DNA of 64,000 nt from Tubulanus polymorphus (taxonomy: Eukaryota; Animalia; Nemertea). The position numbers and the translations under genes are program-made. The stretch covers positions 28,748,299-28,812,298 of the forward strand of contig NC_134025.1 in the NCBI RefSeq assembly GCF_964204645.1, read 5' to 3'. The notes beneath the pieces are model-generated. The model worked only from the letters and a program-made list of their open reading frames with translations. It was not told where the DNA came from and did not search any database. Below, in pieces: positions 51,221-63,090 of the stretch (position 1 is its first letter; each line of letters begins with the position of its first letter).

Positions 51221-52325
51221 ATGGCGACTACTCGCAATGTTGCCGGTTTTCTTGCGGAAAGACAAACACAATGTTCTCCTTCGGTTGCCGCTATTTGGGG
51301 AGAATTAGAGGACTTGTATAACAAAAAGTAAGTATATTTCTTCATATGCAGATCTTTCGTTTTTATATCATATCTCTCTATTTTGTTTCCTAGTGAATTT
51401 AATGCGAGATGATGCAGCACTTTTTAGTCTGCGTAATTTGCGTTAAGAAATGTCATGTTTACTTTTACATAGATTATGGCATCAACTTACGCTACGTTTG
51501 GTCGAAGTTGTAAAGAATAATGAATTTGCTGGTGATGGACTTGTATCTGTAAGTAGTTATACGCAAATGAATTTTTCAGTTTGTTTTTAGGAATGATTTA
51601 GGTTTTATTCTAGATTTTTGTTTGGCATTTCAGATGTATGATAATTTTCTAGCTGATTTTGATCATAGGTCGGTATATATTGAGTAAAATAACCTTTAAT
51701 TTTATTTGTCTTATTCTTATTGGAAGCATGACAACTTGAATTCAATTTTTGTTTTCTGATAGGATAAATCCTCTGTCATTAGTCGAAATCGCTTTGTTCA
51801 TCGCTAGACAAATACCAGGTAATTCAGTACACAATTTAATCCCATTTCCTTGCATCTTACTGGTAAATAAGATATTTTGATAATATACTTGAAATTTTCT
51901 CTCATATCACAGATCCGACTGCTACGATAGAATTCCTAGAAAAGATCCGAGACAAAGTAAAAACAAATGAAGAAGCCAGTATTCTCTGTCAAACATCGAT
52001 CGCTAATGTCCATTTACAACAGAAAGATCTGGAAAAAACAAAGGTACGACCAATGCTGGACAGCAGGTTGTTTCTGAGGGGCACAGACAGCATATTGTCT
52101 ACAACAGGGTCGTGGGTTCAGTGATTAAACTAAAATTAAGCGATTACCTCTGTCTCCTAATCGGCTAGGTCGCTTTAGTAAACTGCAATAGAATTTGGAA
52201 TCAGTTTGTTTCTATAACTGCTGGGTCTGCTAGTTAGCTTGATGCATAGGGTTTGACGTACAGGGTGCATAGGTCAACTTTGCAACAGAAATGAGGTTTT
52301 TTTCTTTGGCTTTATTGGCACATTA

Positions 52326-52383
<58 letters not shown>

Positions 52384-53728
52384 TATTGTCATATATTTCG
52401 ATAGGTTTTGGTAGAAAGTGTTGGTAAACTAGTTGAAGGTCTCGATGGTGTGACTCCGGTTCACGGTCGTTACTACGAGTTGTCGAGTAACTATCATAAG
52501 CTGATGGGCGATCATGCGGCGTATTATAGAGATGCGTTACGGTATTTAGGGTGCACCGAACTCAGGGATATCGCGGCTGAAGAACGAACTGAACGAGCGT
52601 TTAATCTCGCGTTAGCCGCTTTATTAGGAAAAGGTGTTTACAACTTTGGAGAACTTGTAAGTATTTGTTGATGATTTAACATAGTCAGGATAATTGATTA
52701 TTAAAATACGTCATTGTTGTGTTTATTGTATTCGTAGCTTGCCCATGATATTCTGAAAGATTTGAAAGGTGGTTCCTCTCAGTGGTTGGTCGATTTATTG
52801 TTCATATTTAACAGCGGAAATGTAGCTAAATTCATCAGCCAGAAATCTGTCTGGACAAAACAGGTAATTTACGATTCCAGCAATAAATAATAGAGAGCAT
52901 TCCTATTGATTAGTTTTGATTCCTTGCAACTAAAGGCTAGTCTAATATCGATGTCAATTTAATTTCAGGCCGATTTGGCGAAAGCTGAAAATTTCCTATT
53001 GGAAAAGATCCGATTATTGAGTTTAATGGAAATGACTTTCAAGCGACCTGCGAATAGTCGTCAGTTAGCGTTTGATGAAATATCGAAGGCGGCTCAAGTT
53101 GATGTGAATGACGTAAGTTCATTCAGTAAAGACACCGTCATTGGATCCCTAAGAATTGTAGTGTTAAATTTCAAATATTAATTTACAGGTGGAGCTACTA
53201 GTTATGAAAGCTTTGTCATTAGATTTAGTGAGAGGTTCGATCGATCAAGTCGAACAGAAATGTCACATGACGTGGGTTCAACCCAGAGTCTTAGATTTAG
53301 AACAGGTAAAATTGACTTTAATTTTGGTACAATTAGAGAAACAGTAGACTCCTCGTAATTCAGTGATTAGTATTTGAAGACGGCAATAGTTCAAATAAAT
53401 GGAATTCGATTCATATTCCGTTGTGATGGTTTTAATATTCGAGATGACTTGGCACTCAAGTCTACCGTAAATCACCTCATATGTAACACTAACCCATAAT
53501 CCATTTCGGGCATCACCTTAACATGGTGTTCTTGAAAGGTTCTGACTTGACAGATCCGCTGTATGCGTGTTCATTTATCAATATTCAAAAATCTTTATCT
53601 TCTGTCTCATGTATTAATTGCAGATTGGAATAATGCAACAGAAGTTGAAATTGTGGTGTGAAGAAGTGAAATCTATGGAGATGATGGTTGAAGTGAAAGC
53701 TCACGATATTCTTGATATGCATAGATGA
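51221..53728 (+). CDS. PSMD13: 26S proteasome non-ATPase regulatory subunit 13 (Rpn9)
   Basis: [14 protein letters not shown]; [10 protein letters not shown]; [11 protein letters not shown]; [18 protein letters not shown]; [12 protein letters not shown]; [11 protein letters not shown]; [11 protein letters not shown]; ends AHDILDMHR-stop. Confidence 0.96.
52329..52381. repeat. (TA)n microsatellite in a PSMD13 intron
   Basis: About 26 uninterrupted TA units. Confidence 0.95.
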
Positions 53729-53915
53729 ATTCAATAGCGCGATTCCTTGTACAGTTTTTCAATTCTTTCCTGTGTAAAAATAGAAAGTATAATAAATCAT
53801 TGTGTTGTATATAAAAGATAAGTTGATTGTCCTCTCTCGGTTAGTTCAACGCTGGTAGATATCGATTAAGAGAAACGAGGATTTCATCAATTTTTGTGCT
53901 TTATTTGATTTGGAT

Positions 53916-54743
53916 CTAGGACATATTTCTCCATTCAGATCCGAAGACTTCACAGAATTTCTCCATGTCTTTTATACCTCCAAATCGAAGACTAAATAAA
54001 AGTTTATCTGTTTTGCTATAACGTAGGAATTTGATATAAATATCACTGCTGTTGTCCGAACACTCGACTAATGGTATAACATCCATAGGATCGATATAAA
54101 CATCACGCCTTTTACCCCAAAATGTCAAATGAGAAACTTTCAATAATTTCTTGTCTCTGGATAAACTCATTAATCCGATGATTCTTCTGAAGAATTCACT
54201 CATAACTGCTAGCATTCCTCCAGCGAGTAAGAACATTCCTCCAAAGCCAACAGTTAAAGCAGGATCTATGACTCCTGTAGACTGAAGATATGCTAAAGGT
54301 GGTGCCATCAATGCAACTAATCCAGTTTGATATAGTTTCAATCTAGATATGACACGCATGTGTACGATATAGGGAAACTTGTAAATCAGTTCAAAGTCTT
54401 CAGTTGATCCAGTTTTAACACTTTCACTTTGTTTATTGAGATTTTGATCATTTTTCAGCAGTACACTATTGTGGAATTCACTTCTACTACAGACATTGTG
54501 ACAACTCCAATTCGTAGGTCTCCTTGCATTAGCAAAGCAAGTATTCAAGATCCTTGGCTGAACAGTTAGCTGTGATATCCGAATTGAGATTTCGGATAAC
54601 TTTTTCCACGCTAATCTCGACATACTTGAGATATATCTGAAATACGACAATGTATAATTAGGTGGTCTGAAAACAACCCGCAAAAATTGCAGCATATTTC
54701 CATGACCATATTGTGCTGCCATCTTGTGAGAATAAGAATGCAT
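53916..54743 (-). CDS. TMEM186: Transmembrane protein 186 (mitochondrial complex I assembly-associated), intronless CDS
   Basis: Basic presequence-like N-terminus; IYKFPYI..R.ISRLKLYQT; two TM segments; LKVSHLTFWGKRRD; F..VFG at the C-terminus. The true start may be the Met at 54722. Confidence 0.88.
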   Translation of the reverse strand: MHSYSHKMAAQYGHGNMLQFLRVVFRPPNYTLSYFRYISSMSRLAWKKLSEISIRISQLTVQPRILNTCFANARRPTNWSCHNVCSRSEFHNSVLLKNDQNLNKQSESVKTGSTEDFELIYKFPYIVHMRVISRLKLYQTGLVALMAPPLAYLQSTGVIDPALTVGFGGMFLLAGGMLAVMSEFFRRIIGLMSLSRDKKLLKVSHLTFWGKRRDVYIDPMDVIPLVECSDNSSDIYIKFLRYSKTDKLLFSLRFGGIKDMEKFCEVFGSEWRNMS

Positions 54744-55266
54744 TGACTTGAATTGAGGAAATCAACCGTGAAATTCTAAAAAATCACATCTTTCAACTGA
54801 AATATTCATCGTGTATTATTCTGAATTAGCTAATTAGCTTATTATCTTACTTTCTAACAGGAGCGATTCGAAAGATACGCCGTAATAAACTGGTGAATGA
54901 GGTATTGAGGTCACAGCCCCCTCAAACCCCACAGCGCCATCTCACAACCTTCCCTGTAACTATTTAGTATTATTTCCGGCTTGTCTGATGTTGTGAGTTC
55001 TGTTTGTTTTCTAAAGTGAAATCGTATTCAAGAGAGTTTGAAGTAATTTCGGGCTAGCCTGTAATTATGCTCGTGATTTTAGATAGTTGATGAGCTTATT
55101 TCAGTAATGCTGATGACAAAAGCAGCCACTGACTGATCGATGAGTGAGTGATGTTTAAAAAACTGTCATCAACAAATTACAATCTAAATTCAGTTTATTG
55201 TTGGTCTACTAGTTCAAAAGTTGTTATTGCTAGACCTGTCTTCATCTGACAGTGGTTTCAACGTCG

Positions 55267-56464
55267 ATGGATCCATTTTCTACGACTACAGTACCTAACA
55301 AGACTCCAATCATGGAGCAACAGGTAAAGGTAATACATTCATTATGATATTTATCGGCATGTCACAGATATTGATTTTTTGGAAATATTTAAGAGATGAT
55401 TTTGTATTGCTTTTTTTATTTACAGGGATTAGTACAGAATTCGGCCGCTGCTACTGGTACGCAGCAAGGACAGAGCACAGTAATGAATAAACTACCATCC
55501 GGGTCGTTAAATGAAAATAGAATCCTTGACAAACGAAGAATTCAAGAGCTCGTCAAAGAGATTGATCCGTTGGAACAGTTAGATGATGATGTCGAAGAAG
55601 TAAAGTTGATTTCATCATTTAATTCATAACAATTGATAAAACACTCAGCGTTGTAACTATTGAAATCCCACACATTTCTTAGTTCTTTATAAAATCATCA
55701 ATGGTTATTCAGTTTAACACTGATGATTTGAAACCCTATCCTTTTGTTGTTTATTTCAGTTACTTATCAACATTGCCGATGACTTTATTGAAAATATTGT
55801 TAATGCTTCAAGTGCATTAGCTAAACACAGAAAGTCAAATACACTCGAAGTAAAAGATGTCCAACTGCATTTAGGTAATGATAAAGCTAATAAATCCACA
55901 TTTTGCATGTATGTCTTAGAGATCTTGCAACCTTGATAAAACTTATTTTCATTTCTTACAGAGAGAAATTGGAATATGTGGATTCCTGGTTTTGGTTCTG
56001 ATGAGCTGCGACCTTATAAGAAAGCTACGACGACTGAGGCTCATAAACAGGTACTTAACCCTTTCAGTGCGTCTACACCGCAGTGCGGTGTATGAATTGG
56101 TGATGGATTTTGCTAGTGCACCGCACTGCGGTGTATTGATGTAATTAGTAATTCGTTTTTATCGCTATTGAATGATGGTAGCACCTGTCAAACATAGTGG
56201 AATACTAGTTACTAACAATACACTGCACCGCGGTGTAGACGCACTATAGTGGTATTCCCGTTATTCAACACGATTGGGTGGAATTTTTCAAAATTTTCAA
56301 ATTATCTGCAGCACTGTAGGGTATTGATTAGTCAGCACTGAAAGGGTTAAAGAATTGATTCTTATACCGTTTTTATGTGAAATTGCTGAAAAACCTTGAA
56401 ATTTTCATTTACTATCATTTTACAGAGAATGGCATTGATCCGAAAAACAATGAAGAAGTTTTGA
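55267..56464 (+). CDS. TAF12: Transcription initiation factor TFIID subunit 12
   Basis: Histone fold ILDKRRIQELVKEIDPLEQLDDDVEELLINIADDFIE...[44 protein letters not shown]; 5 coding exons. Confidence 0.96.
56059..56346. mobile_element. piggyBac-type MITE, copy 2, in the last TAF12 intron
   Basis: TTAA (56055-56058) CCCTTTCAGTGC ... GCACTGAAAGGG TTAA (56347-56350). Confidence 0.92.
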
Positions 56465-56860
56465 TGAAGAAGTTGTAATTGTACTTTTGAGAGTTTGTAA
56501 TGGCCTGATTGAACCTATTGGACCCAGACTGAAATGCTGTACAAAGCATACAATTTATTAAATATCATGTACATTAATTATAATATCTATCTATTGGGTT
56601 TCAAATAAATTTATATTGAAATAATAATGTTTTGTTTATTGCGGAGATATTCTCAAATATTGACTGAGGGGCTGACTGGTCTATTAAATTTAAGTTTCTA
56701 CCGCAGTGACGCTTTGTGATAATTCGGGGTTCGAACCCGGGTGAACTGTCAAAAGTCAATTTATATTAATTGGATTGAATTTGCCACGTACGTGGCCATA
56801 TTGGATCCGGTTTGATCGATTTGTTATTTTTGCCGGTGAAAAACCTGATAAAATCGTAAA

Positions 56861-59368
56861 ATGGGAGGATCTCAAAGTGTTGAGATACCTGGCGGTGGAA
56901 CTGAAGGATATCATGTATTGAGGGTAAGTAATGTCCAGTGAATGATTTCATTTTAAAAGCCAAATTTTTATGTTTCACTACTGGAAAATTGAATGCACTC
57001 TCAAACCGGCTGTGCAAAATTCCAAACCCTCTCAAAAGTCTTACTAAAATACTACTATGCTAAAATTTACGCACAATTGGTGTTATTTAGATAAAAGTTT
57101 AAACCCATATATTTGGTTGGACTGCATTTAAAGGCCAACCACCTCATTTATGTTTCATTCAATTGAAAGGGATGCCATGGCTCAACAAGAGAGGCCGTAA
57201 AGGTGTGAACTGTGTGGTCCAACATCATCAATTCGATCATCATTTTCATATCAATTAAAATTTGCATCTATGATTTTCCAGGTCCAGGATAATTCACCTG
57301 GAAGTGCTGCAGGGCTTGAAGCATTTTTCGATTTCATTGTCGCAATAGGGAACTCTCGATTGGTGAGTATTCATTGTTGTTTTGTGGCGGTTTTGCGTTC
57401 TTGATTTCTGAGCTATTTTCGTTATTATGTCGATATCTGCGTTTTCAGAATCAAGACAATGAAACTTTGAAAGAAACGTTAAAATCAAACATAGAGAAAC
57501 CGGTGACAATGATGGTTTACAGCAGCAAAACTCAAAATGTCAGAGAAGTGTCCATTACGCCCAGTCATAATTGGGGAGGACAAGGTTTATTAGGCGTCAG
57601 TATCAGGTAAGTGTTTATTTCACTGTTTTCCGATAGTTCTATTCGATCCATTCCTTTATTTAATTAATGTTCTGCTTTTATTTAAGATTTTGTTCATTCG
57701 AAGGAGCGAATGAGAATGTATGGCATGTACTGGTAAGTCTTCTTGATATTCAGAGAAACATCGGATTCAAGCTCTGCATTGGGACAATTTCATTTGATAC
57801 TCGAGTTTAGAATCTGGGGTCTGTTGCTGAAAGTTTGACTAAGGTTCCAGTGTTCTCCATTTGCTGAAACATTAAAAAGGGGCAGTGCTCATTCATTGTT
57901 AAGTGTATGAAATTGTGGCAGAGTCTACTTATGAAGAGATGAATATTTGATATGATATCTCGATTCCTATTCCAGGAAGTGCAACCCAACTCACCAGCTG
58001 ATTTGGCATCATTACGATCAAATACAGATTATATAATTGGTGCAGATTCAGTTTTACACGAGGTATTGCGCGCGCCGTTCATTACAACTCATTCCGAATT
58101 ACGATCTTTATTTCGACCGATGATTTGTAAATATATGTTTTTTTTTTCGCGCAGAGTGAAGATTTATTTACGTTGATTGAATCGCACGAAGGTAAACCTC
58201 TCAAGCTGTATGTTTATAATACAGACGCTGATAGTTGTCGCGAGGTGACTATTACTCCTAACGGTTCATGGGGTGGAGAAGGAAGGTACGTACACGTCTT
58301 ACCGGGACTGGCAAAATCAGTCAAAAGTTTTGATCAGATATAAGAAAGGATATAAAAATGATCTTGTTAGAGTTAGCCAAAAGTTGGCCATGTCTGAGAG
58401 AGACTAGATTTACTCTACCAGTATTGGCACATTAGAAATTTCATTGATAAGTTATGATAATAATGATGGATTTATTTTTGAAACTATTTCAGTTTGGGTT
58501 GTGGTATTGGATACGGTTATTTACATCGTATTCCGACGAGACAATTTCCATCTTCCGCTGATTTAGGTCAGGTTTTATCTCAAACAGTTCCTACGAACCC
58601 CACACCTGATGGATTCTCTGAGGTATTTACTTAAGCTAGTTCAAGTGAATTGTATTAATGTTATGATGTACTCAGTAAAGTTAATCTATGTTATTATTAC
58701 TGTAGGTATCGTTATCCGGAAGTCCTGGAGTAGCACCGGTCAATACAACAACTACTATGAGTAGTCCCGCAATGACGGCTGGTACACCAACTATACCAGT
58801 CATCCCTCCTGTCGCACCACTCCCTACAGGTACCCATAAAATACTATTAATTATGGCAAAATAGAATCATAATATGAATCGTTAGGGGGTGTGATACATG
58901 AATTATTCCTATGTCGTTTTTCAGGTCATGCAGCACCGGTTATGCCACCACCAGGGATGCCACCTCTACCAGATATAAGCGCGTTACCATCTTTATCGAC
59001 GTTACCGCCATTAACAACACCAATCTCAATACCAGGCATGCCACCAGTTTCAATTCCTCTGAATCTAAATAATCCAGGTAGATATTATTGAATAGAGCAC
59101 TCTAAGCAGCCTGGCTCGATTTGACGTTATATCGTCCTAATATCGTTGAATTATTGAAACTGATTTGTTCATCATTGCAGGTTACCCGGTACCGTTAACC
59201 ACTAATATTACATTACCAACAATGCCCGCTGTAAATAACCTTCCGCCCCCGACAACGCTACCAGATATTTCAAATCTTACCATAAATACGACTACATCTC
59301 AAACATCGGAAGTCAAAGTGGACAATATCGCGGGTTCTGGAGAACCGACGCAGCCAGTCGCTTCATAA
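56861..59368 (+). CDS. GORASP2: Golgi reassembly-stacking protein (GRASP55/65 family)
   Basis: [28 protein letters not shown] (Gly2 myristoylation); [29 protein letters not shown]; [20 protein letters not shown]; Pro/Thr-rich tail. Invertebrates typically have one GRASP, so the paralogue number is nominal. Confidence 0.95.
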
Positions 59369-60800
59369 TATCGAACTAAAAATGCGCTTAAACCGTGTAA
59401 AAACTGAAGGATTTATGATCGTGAGAAAGTAAGATGTGCGACGAGTAAAGTTTGTAATTCGTTGTGGTGCGTCAACGTGGTGATGTCAATCAACTAAACT
59501 CGAATAATTACTGTTTTATTTATAATATAGAATTTCTCTCTATTAATGTATCGTGTAAAGTAAATGTGAGTTGGAACTACGTACAGAAAATCTACGGTTA
59601 TCTTTCAAACCTGCTGCATGATTGAAAGATGAATGGATTTAGGAAATTTTAGATACATTTCATTTACGCTTAAATCACTTTGGTTCTGGATCATTTCTTT
59701 ATTTTCATTTTCGCTATTTATTCATGCTTAGATTAGGAACTAAGTTGTCAGTCATCGTGCGTGTGACAGGAGTTTTTCTGCTGTCATTGAATGTTCAATC
59801 TACACCAGTCTTGTTCTATATCCTTTACCGCAATATCGATTCTTCTCTGTAAAATTCAAATTGTGCTCAACGTTCCTAAAACACGTCATCGTTGCTGATA
59901 TACTATGTGTAAATATGTAATTTCTGCTGATCAGTTGTTAATACAGGTTGTATGTATCAATTTCATTATCGTACTGCAGATGTTGTATTAAAACCGCAAA
60001 ATGAAATTCAAAATTTATACATAGTCCGTTAAATCTTCTACAAATTTTTTTTTTAATGGCTGGATGAGGAGTTTATGTTTTTTGGGTTCAGAAAAATGTG
60101 CATAAATATTTCGGGGCTGTTAGCTGGAGTATGTTAATGTATCGATAATAAATTGTAATTTATCAAATTAAAACTGTCGTTTTGTGTTTCATTTTTCCAG
60201 AGGAATCTCTGTGCGAATGTATCCTAAGATCACCAGAAACAACTCGATGTAGATAAAATAAGAACCTGATGATTGACGAAATATCTTGGGGCAAAAGTCT
60301 TAAGCATAATCCCATCATTGATCAGTGACAATCACTTCATTGTTCCCAGTGATAAGGATTCATAATCAAATTTATCCAAATATTTTGTGCGTGTTCAATT
60401 TTTCCCAAATGGAAATGTGGTCTTAGAAGTGAAAATGAACGTCACACTAGAGATGTCAGCATTTTAGTGGTGACTGGTTGAAGGTTATATTCCAAAAAAT
60501 TGCTGAATCCACGGGCAAGCTATTGACATCCAGAGAACATGCTACATGAAATGTTAAATGAATTTCTCAAATATTTCCCGGATTAGAGGAAAATCTATAA
60601 GATTCCCAAATATCACCGCTGAATACTCTTTGAAATTCCTAAATTCTTCCTGGTGCTGCAGGAACCATGAATCACTCCGATGCTTTGTCTTATCAATTGT
60701 GGCATTTTTATCTTGTCTAAGAAGCTGATGATTAAACCAATGCACCCATCACAGAAGATGAAACTCTTATTTCATATATAACAGATAAGATAAAGATTTA

Positions 60801-61430
60801 TTAATCACTTAAATCTTCTTCATCGCTGAAATAAGCGTCTTTTTTGTAACGTTTTTTCTTCGGTTCGTCACAAAACGTCGAAGTTCCCGATGATGACGAA
60901 GCTTTAAAATTTTCCGCTCTGATTTTATCTTGATACGCGATAGCAGCGGCTAAACTGTCGTCTTGCTGCGTATTCTCATTCTCCTCTTCATCTGAGTTTT
61001 CGTCCTCTAAATGATTTTTCCGTTTTTTCTCCTTTTTCGGAGGTTCGCGAATGCCCAAGAGATTTTTCGGACATTTATAACTCAAATGTCCGGTTTCGCC
61101 GCATTCGTAGCATTTCGATTTATCGGGATATTCCTTGCGTCGGATGAAATCGGCCGCTCTGCCGTTGTCCCGCGCGACGCTGCACTTTATCGTTCGTCCG
61201 AACATTTGAACGTTGTTCATCGCGTTGACGCATTTATAAACGCTTTCTCGTTCGAGAAATAAAACGAACGCGACTCCTTTACTGCGGCGCGTTTCACGAT
61301 CTTTAACGATCGTTACTTTGACCACTTTTCCATATTTCTCGAAGATCTTGTGAAGATCATTGTTCGTCAGCGAAAAGGGTAGATTTGATACATAGACTGT
61401 TGTCTTGCTCGGTGCTATTCCTCCGCTCAT
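60801..61430 (-). CDS. ZCRB1: Zinc finger CCHC-type and RNA-binding motif protein 1 (U11/U12 snRNP 31K)
   Basis: [33 protein letters not shown]; [14 protein letters not shown] zinc knuckle; YFSDEE tail; intronless CDS with a 5' UTR acceptor at about 61438. Confidence 0.96.
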   Translation of the reverse strand: MSGGIAPSKTTVYVSNLPFSLTNNDLHKIFEKYGKVVKVTIVKDRETRRSKGVAFVLFLERESVYKCVNAMNNVQMFGRTIKCSVARDNGRAADFIRRKEYPDKSKCYECGETGHLSYKCPKNLLGIREPPKKEKKRKNHLEDENSDEEENENTQQDDSLAAAIAYQDKIRAENFKASSSSGTSTFCDEPKKKRYKKDAYFSDEEDLSD

Positions 61431-62225
61431 GTTTCACCTAAAAATCATGAAATGAAATGAAAAAAAAAAATCAAAAATGACAGTTGACGATTTGCAATTT
61501 TAGGCATCTGAAATTTGGTGAATTCTGTATCTCAAGTTCAAAATACGGAAAATATAGTTAATGAGGTGACATTAGGCCTATAAAAAGCATTTAATGTAGA
61601 TAAAATGCAATTTACGTTATGACTTCTCAATATATATGCATTGAATTTGATTAGTATACAAATTAAATCAAATCATTTATTCATCACAACATTTTCGAAA
61701 TTTTCAATGCAAGCGATAATAATCTCACTATATACGATTCTACATAGAATGATTCTTGTAAATCAACATTCTAAATAGTAAATATTTCGTTTTAATGCTT
61801 TAGAATAATACGAGTGAATTGGGATTCGAACCTCAAAACGCAATAATAAATAGTAATTCAATTTTATTTTATTGGTTAAATCCTGTCATGTTCAACAAGT
61901 CTTTACACGTTTATTAAGCTCTTAGACTCTTGAGCTGTTTACGCTTCGTTCGTTATCCTTCAAGCATAATCTAAAGGTAGACAAATCAAAAAAATAAGTA
62001 CATGTAGAAATGGAAAAATTATGACCCACATATCACACAAGTGACCTCTCTGTCTGGCCCTCCTCCTGCTGGCCTGGCCCCTGCCCTACCCCTCTCTGGC
62101 CCCTGCCCTGCCCTGCTCTGCTACCTGCTGCCCTCACCCTACCCTGCCCACGTGTCATGTGGGACCTAATTGTGCTTTCATCGGATTTTATAATTGGTTC
62201 CGCAATTCCAAATCTGATTGATTGT

Positions 62226-62470
62226 TAGTTAGTTACCTAATCGTTGGTGGTAAGCTTTTTATAATCGGATGGGCTTGTGAAAATATCCGATCGTGAAACT
62301 AAACCACAGACAGGTTACTGACTAATTGATTGTCAGATTGATACCGAATACGGACGGCCCAGTAGTCGGTTAGGCCTACCTGTCTGTGGTTTAGTTTCAC
62401 GATCGGTTCAAAAATCACAAAAATCTATCCGATCATAAAAGCTTACCACCAATGATTAGATAACTAACTA
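62226..62470. repeat. Long imperfect inverted repeat (~90 bp arms, ~62 bp spacer), foldback/MITE-like
   Basis: Left arm 62226-62315 (TAGTTAGTTACCTAATCGTTGGTGGTAAGCTTTT...CCGATCGTGAAACTAAACCACAGACAGGT) is mirrored by 62378-62470. Confidence 0.9.
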
Positions 62471-63090
62471 GGACGGCGGGTGAGGTGGTACCGTACGGGC
62501 ATGCAGGGTAGGACTGAATGGTAGCTTGAGTCCAAAATCAACAACACGACAATCTCTTTTGACATGTGTATAGGATTGGATCGGGGTATAGCTTCGGATC
62601 CTCGGCTAGTCATGGGATCGACCCCGGGTGGCAGGGCTGCTTAATTTAGGCCTAGGCTAACAGACAGTCCACTTGCACTTCATTATAGTGTTTCTTGTTG
62701 TTCACAGTTTGATGAACTTTTAAGCATGTGTTTGTTGCAGGTTCAAACACAGGGCAATGATAGGCATGATTGCATATCTGTATTGTTAATTGTAAGGCTA
62801 GGCTAGTCCTATTAAGAATTAACTCAGCCCTTACATGTACTGCCTATATCACTCCTTACAGCAATATAGACCTACTGTATTAATGAATATTAAAGTAAAG
62901 TTATAGTTTGGCTAGTGGTTAAACACAATTCTATATACGTAGATAGGCAATTTTGGATAGAAATATCAAAAATTGGTTATGGAACCGACGAGACTCCGGT
63001 ACGTTTGGAGACAAATCAAGTTAAGGACACTTTATTAGTTATGAATAAGTTATGATAATTGTCTTATATTGCAGGAAATCTGGGAGTCTA

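Noticed and set aside
55088-55137. C/D-box snoRNA candidate upstream of the TAF12 CDS (TGATGA ... CTGA)
   Set aside because: Only about 50 nt between the boxes, no terminal stem, and I could not verify an rRNA-complementary guide; snoscan or Infernal would settle it.
18206-61430. RNase T2, TRPT1 and ZCRB1 as an RNA-processing gene cluster
   Set aside because: They act in unrelated pathways and compartments and are separated by unrelated genes; co-occurrence is expected in a gene-dense genome.
53916-61430. TMEM186 and ZCRB1 as retrocopies because their CDSs lack introns
   Set aside because: No poly(A) remnant or target duplication, both ORFs are intact, and ZCRB1 has a 5' UTR splice acceptor.
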